Below are positions 29,457 to 38,143 of a DNA stretch of 64,000 nt, piece by piece. The notes under the pieces were generated by a model. That model was not told the DNA's origin, searched no databases, and was given only the letters and a program-made list of their open reading frames with translations. The position numbers were made by a program, and so were the translations under genes. Position 1 is the first letter of the stretch. Every line of letters begins with the position of its first letter. Origin of the DNA: Aequorivita sp. (GTDB taxonomy: Bacteria > Bacteroidota > Bacteroidia > Flavobacteriales > Flavobacteriaceae); assembly GCA_048264505.1 (NCBI GenBank), contig JBLXDA010000007.1, forward strand, positions 9,407-73,406, in the 5' to 3' direction.

Positions 29457-30479
29457 TTAAAAAAGTCCGCCTTGCGTTGGGCCTTTTAGTTTTCCTAGAT
29501 GTTTATAGGCAGCTTCGGTTACTTCGCGTCCTCTTGGGGTTCTCATTATAAAGCCTTGCTGGATTAAAAAAGGCTCATACACCTCTTCTATAGTTTCGGG
29601 GCTTTCAGACACCGCTGTTGCGATAGTAGAAATACCCACAGGACCACCTTTAAACTTCTCTATGATAGTGGTGAGAATCTTGTTGTCCATTTCATCTAAC
29701 CCATGAGCATCGACGTTTAATGCGTCTAAGCCGTATTTAGCTATTTCAACATCTATTTTTCCACTACCTTTTATTTGAGCAAAGTCTCTTATTCTGCGTA
29801 AAAGGGCATTTGCTATACGTGGTGTTCCACGACTTCTACCGGCTATTTCTATAGCCGCTTCCATTGAAATAGGAACTTGTAGAATTCCCGCACTACGCTG
29901 AAGGATGGTTGTGAGTAATTCGGTAGAATAATACTGCAACCTAGATGAAATACCGAAACGAGCGCGCATAGGAGCTGTAAGCAAGCCTGAACGCGTAGTT
30001 GCGCCCACAAGTGTAAACGGGTTTAAATTTATCTGAACTGAGCGCGCATTAGGCCCAGATTCTATCATAATATCTATTTTAAAATCTTCCATAGCAGAGT
30101 ATAAATACTCTTCAACTATAGGGCTTAAACGATGTATTTCGTCTATAAAAAGCACATCCCGTTCATCAAGGTTGGTAAGCAGTCCTGCAAGATCACCAGG
30201 TTTATCTAACACAGGCCCCGAAGTTACCCTTATGTTTACACCTAACTCGTTAGCGAGTATGTACGCCAAGGTTGTTTTACCCAATCCCGGAGGGCCGTGA
30301 AAAAGAGTGTGATCTAAAGCCTCATTTCGCAAGTTTGCAGCTTTGACAAATATCTGAAGGTTCTCTAAAGCCTTATCCTGCCCGGTAAAGTCGTCAAAAC
30401 TTAAGGGACGCAATTGCTTTTCTATATCTAGTTCCTGTGAAGAAAGATTTTCTCCACTGGGATCGAGGTTTTCGTTCAT
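29457..30479 (-). CDS. ruvB: Holliday junction DNA helicase RuvB
   Basis: 340 aa with Walker [10 protein letters not shown] and Walker B LFIDEIH. Confidence 0.97.
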   Translation of the reverse strand: MNENLDPSGENLSSQELDIEKQLRPLSFDDFTGQDKALENLQIFVKAANLRNEALDHTLFHGPPGLGKTTLAYILANELGVNIRVTSGPVLDKPGDLAGLLTNLDERDVLFIDEIHRLSPIVEEYLYSAMEDFKIDIMIESGPNARSVQINLNPFTLVGATTRSGLLTAPMRARFGISSRLQYYSTELLTTILQRSAGILQVPISMEAAIEIAGRSRGTPRIANALLRRIRDFAQIKGSGKIDVEIAKYGLDALNVDAHGLDEMDNKILTTIIEKFKGGPVGISTIATAVSESPETIEEVYEPFLIQQGFIMRTPRGREVTEAAYKHLGKLKGPTQGGLF

Positions 30480-30483
30480 ATCA

Positions 30484-30491
30484 CAAATATA
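30484..30491 (-). promoter_or_regulatory. Candidate -7 promoter box TATATTTG only 4 nt upstream of the ruvB ATG
   Basis: Plus strand CAAATATA. Exact consensus match. The geometry implies a leaderless or nearly leaderless ruvB mRNA. Confidence 0.35.
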
Positions 30492-30607
30492 ACAAAAGGC
30501 GTGTTAGTGTAATCTATTTTATGAAAATGATAGTGAACAGAAATTTTTAAACAGTGTTATAGTGATAAATACAATAGTTTAGTTAAGCTAAAAAACAAAA
30601 ATTAGCA

Positions 30608-30641
30608 TAAAAAAAGAGGCCAACCGTTAGGCTAGCCTCTT
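30608..30641 (-). terminator. Hairpin plus U-run (minus strand), distal element of a terminator series
   Basis: Stem agaggc/gcctct (30615-30620 and 30635-30640) with extra inner pairs, followed on the minus strand by T7. Confidence 0.55.
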
Positions 30642-30722
30642 ATAAATAAACAGTAGATTCCTCACTTCCTACATACTTATTAACTCAATACTGTAAATAT
30701 AAAATAAAAAAATAAAAAAGTA

Positions 30723-30777
30723 CTACGTGGTAACACGTAGATACAAAAAAACCCTTTCTTTTCAGAAAGGGTTTTTT
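30723..30777 (-). terminator. Two tandem hairpin terminators directly after cytochrome oxidase subunit I
   Basis: Hairpin B: ccctttc/gaaaggg (30752-30758 and 30765-30771) flanked by A and T runs. Hairpin A: ctacgtg/cacgtag (30723-30729 and 30734-30740) followed by T6 on the minus strand. Confidence 0.7.
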
Positions 30778-30796
30778 ATATACTTTATATAAACTA

Positions 30797-32626
30797 TTAA
30801 TGGTCTAATTCGTCTTCATTATCTTGAAGCGGAACGTTTTGCGGAATAAAATCCTGACCAGGTATAACGTAATCTGTTTCGTCTCTATTTAGTTTACTGT
30901 AGTCATAAGACCAACGATAAACGTGAGGAATAGGACCATCCCAGTTACCGTGGATATGCTTAGTTTCTGTAGTCCATTCTAGCGTTGTTGCTCTCCAAGG
31001 GTTTTTAGGACCCATTTTTCCGTAGAAAATTGAATGGAAGAAGTTATACAAGAAAACTACTTGTACCGAAATAGTGATAATAGCAAAGACAGTCATTACA
31101 ACATTTATATCTGCTAGGTCGTCAAAATAAGGGAATGCGGTATTGCTATAATATCTACGTGGCAATCCAGCCATACCCACAAAGTGCATTGGGAAGAAAA
31201 TTCCATAAGCTCCAATAGCTGTTACCCAAAAGTGAATATACCCTAATTTTTTATTCATCATTCTACCTTGGAACATTTTAGGGAACCAGTGATACACACC
31301 AGCCAATAAACCGTATAAGGCAGAGATACCCATTACTAAGTGGAAGTGAGCTACCACAAAGTAAGTATCGTGTACGTTAATATCTAAAGCACTATCTCCA
31401 AGAATAATTCCTGTTAAACCACCTGTAATAAATGTTGAAACAAAGGCGATAGAAAACAGCATAGCCGTATTCATCTGAAGGTTTCCTTTCCAAAGAGTAG
31501 TAATCCAGTTAAATGCTTTTACAGCAGAAGGGATTGCAATAAGAAGGGTTGTAAATGTAAACACAGACCCCAAGAAAGGATTCATACCTGAAATAAACAT
31601 ATGGTGTCCCCAAACAATCGTTGAAAGGAATGCAATAGCAAGAATAGAGGCAATCATCGCACGATAACCAAAAATAGGTTTACGCGAGTTTGTCGCCATA
31701 ATTTCTGAAACTAATCCCATTGCTGGAAGAATTACAATATATACCTCTGGGTGACCAAGGAACCAAAATAAGTGTTCAAATAATACTGGCGAACCTCCTT
31801 GATGGTGTAATACTTCACCTGCAATATAAATATCTGAAAGGAAGAAGGAAGTTCCAAAACTTCTATCCATTATAAGCATTAATGCTGCAGATAGTAATAC
31901 TGGGAAAGAAACAACACCAATAATAGCAGTTACAAAAAATGCCCAGATTGTTAAAGGCAGTCTAGTCATAGACATTCCTTTGGTACGCATATTAATTACC
32001 GTTACTATATAGTTTAGTGACCCTAATAAAGAGGAAGCAATAAAGATTGCAATAGACACTAACCAGAGTGTCATTCCAGCTCCAGAGCCCGGAATAGATT
32101 GTGGTAAAGCACTTAATGGTGGGTATATTGTCCATCCTGCAGAAGCTGGACCCGCTTCAACAAACAATGAGCAAAGCATGATAAAACTAGACAAAAAGAA
32201 CAACCAATACGATACCATATTAAGGAATCCTGACGCCATATCGCGTGCTCCAATTTGCAATGGAATTAAGAGGTTACTAAAAGTACCACTTAATCCAGCA
32301 GTTAACACGAAGAAAACCATTATGGTTCCGTGTATGGTAACAAGTGCTAAATAAACACTAGGATCCATAACTCCATCTGCGCCCCATTTACCTAAAAATA
32401 TTTCATAAATGGTAAATTTATGGTCTGGCCATGCCAGTTGCATTCTGAATAATAAAGACATCAAAATACCAATAACCCCCATAAACAAACCTGTAATAAG
32501 GTATTGTTTAGAAATCATTTTGTGGTCTTGGCTAAAGATGTATTTAGTTACAAATGTTTCTTTATGATGATGCCCGTGATCGTCGTGATGATCTTCTACT
32601 GCGTGGACCTGTGCGTTTGCTGACAT
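30797..32626 (-). CDS. ctaD: Cytochrome c oxidase subunit I
   Basis: 609 aa, 12+ TM helices, heme-copper oxidase signature (WFLGHPEVY, HHMF). His-rich N-terminal tail HHDDHGHHH. Confidence 0.96.
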   Translation of the reverse strand: MSANAQVHAVEDHHDDHGHHHKETFVTKYIFSQDHKMISKQYLITGLFMGVIGILMSLLFRMQLAWPDHKFTIYEIFLGKWGADGVMDPSVYLALVTIHGTIMVFFVLTAGLSGTFSNLLIPLQIGARDMASGFLNMVSYWLFFLSSFIMLCSLFVEAGPASAGWTIYPPLSALPQSIPGSGAGMTLWLVSIAIFIASSLLGSLNYIVTVINMRTKGMSMTRLPLTIWAFFVTAIIGVVSFPVLLSAALMLIMDRSFGTSFFLSDIYIAGEVLHHQGGSPVLFEHLFWFLGHPEVYIVILPAMGLVSEIMATNSRKPIFGYRAMIASILAIAFLSTIVWGHHMFISGMNPFLGSVFTFTTLLIAIPSAVKAFNWITTLWKGNLQMNTAMLFSIAFVSTFITGGLTGIILGDSALDINVHDTYFVVAHFHLVMGISALYGLLAGVYHWFPKMFQGRMMNKKLGYIHFWVTAIGAYGIFFPMHFVGMAGLPRRYYSNTAFPYFDDLADINVVMTVFAIITISVQVVFLYNFFHSIFYGKMGPKNPWRATTLEWTTETKHIHGNWDGPIPHVYRWSYDYSKLNRDETDYVIPGQDFIPQNVPLQDNEDELDH

Positions 32627-32643
32627 ATCTATTTAAGCTAATA

Positions 32644-33714
32644 TTATTTAGTTTCTTTGCTAAGTTGTTCTCCTAGTGTAGGCTGTTCTGCCAACCAGGC
32701 GTTGTAATCTTCTTCAGATTCTACTATAATCTTCATTTGCATATTATAGTGGCTAATACCACAAATTTTATTACACAAAAGTATATAGTCAAATTCATAG
32801 GTTTCTAGCGCTTCTTCACCTGCAGCTGCAAGTGCAACGCTTTTCTCTTTTCGTATTTTATTAATATTGGCAACTTTCTCAACAATAACATCGTTATTTC
32901 TCATATCCTCCGTTGTAACTGTAGGAGTAAATGCAAATTGAGTTATCATCCCTGGCACACAGTTCATTTGTGCTCTAAAGTGCGGCATATATGCAGAGTG
33001 AAGTACGTCTTGTGAACGCATTTTAAGCAAAACCTTTCTACCTACTGGCAAGTGAAGCTCAGTAACTATCTTATCATCTTTTCCATTAGGATCTGCAGGA
33101 TCTACACCTAGTTGGTTTACACCTTCTATTAGTCGAACGTTTGCATCTCCAAGGGTGTTATCTTCACCGCTGTAACGAGCTTTCCAGTTAAACTGTTGTG
33201 CGTAAAGCTCTATTACTAATGGGTCTTCATCTTTATCGACATTCATTATATCTGTCCAAGTAAAAAGACCGTAGATAATAAGTCCTGCTAATACAATTAC
33301 AGGAATGATAGTCCAGATAAACTCTAACTTATCATTATCTGCATAAAAAGTAGCTTTTCTAGTTTTGTTTCCTCTGTAAATGAATGCAAAATAGTGAAGC
33401 AACCACTGCGTAAGTATACCAACTATAAAGATAATGACCATAGAGATCAACATCAGGTTGTCAATTTCTGCTCCGTGTTCTGAACCAGATTCTGGCAAGA
33501 GTACATCGCCCCATAACCAAAAGGTTATAATGGCTAGTATATAGATAAAAGCTAAAAAGCCCATCATCAAATAACCATTGAGGTTATTGTCCTTATCCGA
33601 AGCTATTTCGGAGTTAATTGAAGGCTTCCCTTGTGCCAATTGGAATATTCTGCTCATTTGCCAAACAGAAACTCCAAAAAGAATAATTACTAATACAACT
33701 AAAAATGCGGTCAT
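32644..33714 (-). CDS. ctaC: Cytochrome c oxidase subunit II
   Basis: 356 aa. N-terminal TM helices and a cupredoxin domain with CuA ligands (HSAYMPHF, CNKICGISHYNM). Confidence 0.9.
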   Translation of the reverse strand: MTAFLVVLVIILFGVSVWQMSRIFQLAQGKPSINSEIASDKDNNLNGYLMMGFLAFIYILAIITFWLWGDVLLPESGSEHGAEIDNLMLISMVIIFIVGILTQWLLHYFAFIYRGNKTRKATFYADNDKLEFIWTIIPVIVLAGLIIYGLFTWTDIMNVDKDEDPLVIELYAQQFNWKARYSGEDNTLGDANVRLIEGVNQLGVDPADPNGKDDKIVTELHLPVGRKVLLKMRSQDVLHSAYMPHFRAQMNCVPGMITQFAFTPTVTTEDMRNNDVIVEKVANINKIRKEKSVALAAAGEEALETYEFDYILLCNKICGISHYNMQMKIIVESEEDYNAWLAEQPTLGEQLSKETK

Positions 33715-33741
33715 CTTAAAATATCTTCTTTAAACTAATGA

Positions 33742-35115
33742 TTAAAAATGGTAGTTTTCACTTTCTTTAATAAACGGATCGTTTTCCGGTTTTAGCGAAA
33801 CTTTTCCTAATCCTCTTCCCACCACAAAGATGAAAAGACCCAAGAAGAAAAGTAATGCTCCTATTTCTGGAATTCCGAAGCCCCAATTATGGCCAACTGT
33901 TGATGGCATTACTAATAAGAATACATCTATATAGTGACCTACCAATATAAATACAGCGGCTATAACAACAAACCAAGGCACTTTCTTAAAGTCACTATTC
34001 ATTAGTACTAGAATAGGGAATACAAAATTAAGTATAAGCATTCCGAAAAACAACGTATTGTATTCCTGAATTCGTATAATAAAATAAGTTACTTCTTCAG
34101 GGATGTTTGCGTACCAGATTAACATAAACTGGCTAAACCATAAATATGTCCAGAATATACTAAATGCAAACATAAATTTTGCTAAATCGTGTAAGTGTTT
34201 ATTGCTTACAAACGGTAATAAGCCTTTGCTCTTTAAGTAAATAGTTACTAGTGCTATTACAGTAATTGCAGACACAAACATAGTTGCAAAGATATACCAA
34301 GGGAATAGTGTACTGTACCAGTGCGGCGTCATAGACATAAACCAATCCCAAGACATAGTAGCTTCTGTCGCTAAGAAAAATGCTAAGAAGATAACAGATA
34401 TCTTAAAGTTCTTTCTATATGCATCGTAATTATTTGCTTGTGCTTGTGCTATAGAGTTTTTTCTAGAGAAGTGACGGTATAAATTCCATCCTAAAAGGTA
34501 GATTACAGCGCGAACTACAAAGAAAGGGAAGTTTAAATATCCAGATTTTACTTGTAGTATTTTATCATTTGCTACCAATTCTTCGTTTTGCCAAGGGAAA
34601 AAGTGCGTTCCTGCAAAAACAACTATAAGGAATACAATTATAGAACCAGGCAATAAATAACTCGTTATACCTTCCATTACTCTATACAGCACTGGAGACC
34701 ATCCTGCTTGTGAAGCGTATTGAATAGCATAAAACACTAATACTCCAAGTGCAATCATCATAAAGAAAAATGCAGCAACGAAAGTTGCAGACCACGGTCT
34801 TGTTTGCATTTGGTGTAACACATGCTCTTCGTGTGAAGATGCTCCATGACCTTCAGGTTTTAAATCTGTAGCGTGTTCCATAGCAGCTTCAGAGTAACCT
34901 TCTTGCCCACGTGCTTCATCTACAAAATTTGTGGTGTGTTCATCGTGGCCTTCCGCAGCATGCTCTTCACCGTGATGAGCACCCTGTTGGGCTAATATTT
35001 CTTTAACATCTTCTATAGTTTTTGGTGTTGTAAGAAAACCATAGGTTATCCCTGCAAGGCCAAGTACCATTATAATGATAGAAAACAGTTTTAATTTACT
35101 GGGTAGCGTATACAT
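33742..35115 (-). CDS. actF: Alternative complex III membrane subunit ActF
   Basis: 457 aa polytopic protein after the ActE cytochrome. Position and size fit the ACIII operon. Confidence 0.75.
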   Translation of the reverse strand: MYTLPSKLKLFSIIIMVLGLAGITYGFLTTPKTIEDVKEILAQQGAHHGEEHAAEGHDEHTTNFVDEARGQEGYSEAAMEHATDLKPEGHGASSHEEHVLHQMQTRPWSATFVAAFFFMMIALGVLVFYAIQYASQAGWSPVLYRVMEGITSYLLPGSIIVFLIVVFAGTHFFPWQNEELVANDKILQVKSGYLNFPFFVVRAVIYLLGWNLYRHFSRKNSIAQAQANNYDAYRKNFKISVIFLAFFLATEATMSWDWFMSMTPHWYSTLFPWYIFATMFVSAITVIALVTIYLKSKGLLPFVSNKHLHDLAKFMFAFSIFWTYLWFSQFMLIWYANIPEEVTYFIIRIQEYNTLFFGMLILNFVFPILVLMNSDFKKVPWFVVIAAVFILVGHYIDVFLLVMPSTVGHNWGFGIPEIGALLFFLGLFIFVVGRGLGKVSLKPENDPFIKESENYHF

Positions 35116-35152
35116 ATCTTTAGCTATTCTCTTTAATTCCTTACTTAATTTC

Positions 35153-35818
35153 TTATTCGGTAGCTGTAGTAGCTTCCATATTATTTTCTTCTGAAGTAGT
35201 TGTTAGTTCTTCAGCAGCAGTTGTACCTTCAGCGGCAGTTGCAGTTTCTAGAAGTCCAGGCTCACCGTTTAAGGCAGCTTTTAAATCCATAACATGCATT
35301 GTAATTTGCCAGCGTTCCTTTTCGTTAACTTGAGCAGCATACGAACCCATAGCATTTAAGCCATATGTTTGAACGTGAAAAACACCTCCATCTACTATAG
35401 TACGTCCTGGATCTGCATAACTAGGTATACCTAAAAACTTTTCGCGCTTTGCTAAGATTCCTTGTCCATCACCTTTATCGCCATGGCATACTGCACAATA
35501 AACTGCATAGAGCGCTGCTCCTGTAGTTAAGTTTTCTTCAGTAAGCTCGTAAGGGTTTTTAAGTTCTGCTTTTGCAAGCTCTAAACCTTCCGTAGTATTT
35601 TCGTAATCATAAGGAGTATACCCACGTGGCACCGTATTATCTGGTGGCAACATAGCAGCTTGCTGTCCTGGAAATACTTCATATTCTCCATATGTTTCAT
35701 AGCCAACAGACTCATACATATTTGGAAAATACTGATAATTTGGTTTTTTATCGTTAAAACAAGAAACCATGGTTGCAGAAGCAATAATGGCAATTCCTAT
35801 GTTTATAAATGTTTTCAT
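35153..35818 (-). CDS. actE: Alternative complex III monoheme cytochrome c lipoprotein ActE
   Basis: One CAVCH heme site and the lipobox ATMVSC. I prefer the ATG at 35818 (MKTFINIG...), 1 nt after the ActD stop, over the track start at 35842, which overlaps ActD. Confidence 0.8.
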   Translation of the reverse strand: MKTFINIGIAIIASATMVSCFNDKKPNYQYFPNMYESVGYETYGEYEVFPGQQAAMLPPDNTVPRGYTPYDYENTTEGLELAKAELKNPYELTEENLTTGAALYAVYCAVCHGDKGDGQGILAKREKFLGIPSYADPGRTIVDGGVFHVQTYGLNAMGSYAAQVNEKERWQITMHVMDLKAALNGEPGLLETATAAEGTTAAEELTTTSEENNMEATTATE

Positions 35819-35819
35819 A

Positions 35820-36356
35820 TTAATGGTCTTGCTCGTTTTCAATTAGACTAATTTCCGATGCACCCGTATCATATAAGAACTTGGTGAGCTTATCCACATC
35901 GTGGTCAGCTGCATCAACTTCCATTAAAAAATGGTCGTCCGTTGTGCGTAAATCTGGATTTTCAGCTTTTTTAAATGGCCATATTTTACTTCTCATATAA
36001 AAAGTTATAACCATTAAGTGAGCTGCAAAAAACACAGTAAGCTCAAACATAATAGGAATAAAAGCCGGCATGTTTTCATAATATGTAAAACTAGGCTTAC
36101 CCCCTATGTTTTGAGGCCAATCTTCTATCATCACAAAGTTCATCAATAAAACTGCAACACTCAATCCTGTAAGTCCATATAAAAATGAAGTAATTGCAAT
36201 TCTAGTTGGCGCTAATCCTACAGCATGGTCTAAACCGTGTACTGGGAAAGGTGTAAAAACCTCGGATATATGATAATTTGCGTCACGAGTCTGTTTAACG
36301 GCATGTAGCAACAGGTCGTCATCAGTATAAATAGCGTGTATCTTTTTTGAAGCCAT
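35820..36356 (-). CDS. actD: Alternative complex III subunit ActD (DUF3341)
   Basis: 178 aa: soluble N-terminus, two TM helices, soluble C-terminus. Operon position fits. Confidence 0.8.
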   Translation of the reverse strand: MASKKIHAIYTDDDLLLHAVKQTRDANYHISEVFTPFPVHGLDHAVGLAPTRIAITSFLYGLTGLSVAVLLMNFVMIEDWPQNIGGKPSFTYYENMPAFIPIMFELTVFFAAHLMVITFYMRSKIWPFKKAENPDLRTTDDHFLMEVDAADHDVDKLTKFLYDTGASEISLIENEQDH

Positions 36357-36358
36357 GA

Positions 36359-38107
36359 TTAGTTATTGTTTTTAAGCGTTAGCGCCTGTCCAGCCCAATC
36401 ATCTCGTTTGGCCCTTCCTGGGAATTCACTTATTATCTCGTCTAATAAATCGTATTCGCGGTCTGTCATTTTACTCACCTGATCAAAGGTAAATATGCCA
36501 AGCTGATGAAGTTTTTTCTCCATTACTGGACCAACACCACTAATTTTCTTAAGATCATCTTGCTGCTGAGTTGCAGGATCAAAAGACCCAATTCCACTAA
36601 GCAAGCTATCTATATTAGCTTTATGTGTTTCAACATCTACTTCACTAGTTTCGGCAACAACTTTTGCTGCAGGTTTAGCTGTGTTTGTTGATGCAATTAC
36701 GTGACTGTGGTGTTCTCCGTGCTCTGCTCTTAATTTCTTAAAAGATTCACCAGAAGACTTAAGTATTGTTTTTACTTCAGCTTGTGCAATTACCGGGAAG
36801 GTACGTGCATATAAAAGGAACAACACAAAGAAGAATCCAATGGTACCCATAAATGTTCCTATATCTACAAAAGTAGGTTGAAACATAGTCCATGAAGATG
36901 TTAATCTGTCTTTACTTAAATCGATAACAATAATATCAAAACGCTCAAACCACATCCCGATGTTAATAATTAAAGCTACAATAAAGGTCCAGATAATGTT
37001 TCTTCTTAATTTTTTCACCCATAGTGTAAGTGGCACAATTAGGTTACAGATTATCAATGCCCAGAAAGCCCACCAGTAAGGTCCTGTTGCAGCACCAAAA
37101 GAAAGGTAAGTATAGTTTTCATAAGGTACACCAGAATACCATCCTATAAAATATTCTATTAGGTATGCTACAGTTACAATACCACCTGTAAGCAAGATTA
37201 CTTTATTCATATACTCAATATGAACAATAGTAATATAGTCTTCCAGATTAGAAACTTTACGCATGATAATCAATAGTGTTTGTACCATTGCAAATCCAGA
37301 GAAGATAGCCCCCGCAACAAAGTATGGCGGGTAGATCGTACTGTGCCATCCTGGAACTACAGAAGTAGCAAAGTCAAAAGATACAATCGTGTGTACAGAT
37401 AGTACTAAAGGAGTTGCCAAACCTGCTAATACAAGAGAAACTTCTTCAAAACGTTGCCAGTCTTTTACACGACCACTCCATCCAAAACTAAGGATACCGT
37501 AAATTTTCTTTTGGAAAGGGCTTTTAGTCCTGTCGCGAATCATCGCAAAATCAGGAAGTAGACCTGTCCACCAGAATACTAATGATACAGAAAGATACGT
37601 TGAAATTGCAAATACATCCCAAAGCAAAGGCGAGTTAAAGTTAACCCATAACGACCCAAACTGGTTAGGAATTGGCAATACCCAATAAGCTAGCCAAGGA
37701 CGTCCCATGTGAATAATTGGGAACAAACCAGCCTGCACTACCGCAAATATGGTCATTGCTTCAGCAGAACGGTTTACAGCCATTCTCCATTTTTGACGGA
37801 AAAGTAATAATACCGCAGAAATTAGGGTTCCTGCGTGACCAATACCTACCCACCAAACAAAGTTGGTAATATCCCAAGCCCATCCTATGGTTTTGTTCAA
37901 TCCCCAAACCCCAATTCCGGTTGAGACGGTGTAGATTATACAGCCTAGACCCCATAAAAAGGCTACTAGCGCAATGCTAAAAACAATCCACCAAGATTTA
38001 TTGGCCTTTCCCATAACGGGCGCCCCAACATCTACACTGATGTCATGATAGGACTTCTCTCCCAGAACCAATGGCTCTCTTATAGGTGCTTCGTAGTGTG
38101 ACGACAT
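36359..38107 (-). CDS. actC: Alternative complex III quinol-binding membrane subunit ActC (NrfD/PsrC family) with C-terminal soluble extension
   Basis: 582 aa. NrfD-like polytopic core to about residue 450, then a ~130 aa hydrophilic tail ending in a GVGP helix-hairpin-helix-like module. Confidence 0.9.
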   Translation of the reverse strand: MSSHYEAPIREPLVLGEKSYHDISVDVGAPVMGKANKSWWIVFSIALVAFLWGLGCIIYTVSTGIGVWGLNKTIGWAWDITNFVWWVGIGHAGTLISAVLLLFRQKWRMAVNRSAEAMTIFAVVQAGLFPIIHMGRPWLAYWVLPIPNQFGSLWVNFNSPLLWDVFAISTYLSVSLVFWWTGLLPDFAMIRDRTKSPFQKKIYGILSFGWSGRVKDWQRFEEVSLVLAGLATPLVLSVHTIVSFDFATSVVPGWHSTIYPPYFVAGAIFSGFAMVQTLLIIMRKVSNLEDYITIVHIEYMNKVILLTGGIVTVAYLIEYFIGWYSGVPYENYTYLSFGAATGPYWWAFWALIICNLIVPLTLWVKKLRRNIIWTFIVALIINIGMWFERFDIIVIDLSKDRLTSSWTMFQPTFVDIGTFMGTIGFFFVLFLLYARTFPVIAQAEVKTILKSSGESFKKLRAEHGEHHSHVIASTNTAKPAAKVVAETSEVDVETHKANIDSLLSGIGSFDPATQQQDDLKKISGVGPVMEKKLHQLGIFTFDQVSKMTDREYDLLDEIISEFPGRAKRDDWAGQALTLKNNN

Positions 38108-38143
38108 ATTTAATTCTTAAATAATTGGTTTTTTATTAATTTT

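Noticed and set aside
35581-35793. Same-strand alternative-frame ORFs inside actE (35581-35793), actC (37761-37955) and actA (41620-41805).
   Set aside because: They are short, have odd composition (Cys/His/Leu rich) and are fully embedded in strongly supported genes. There is no independent start context.
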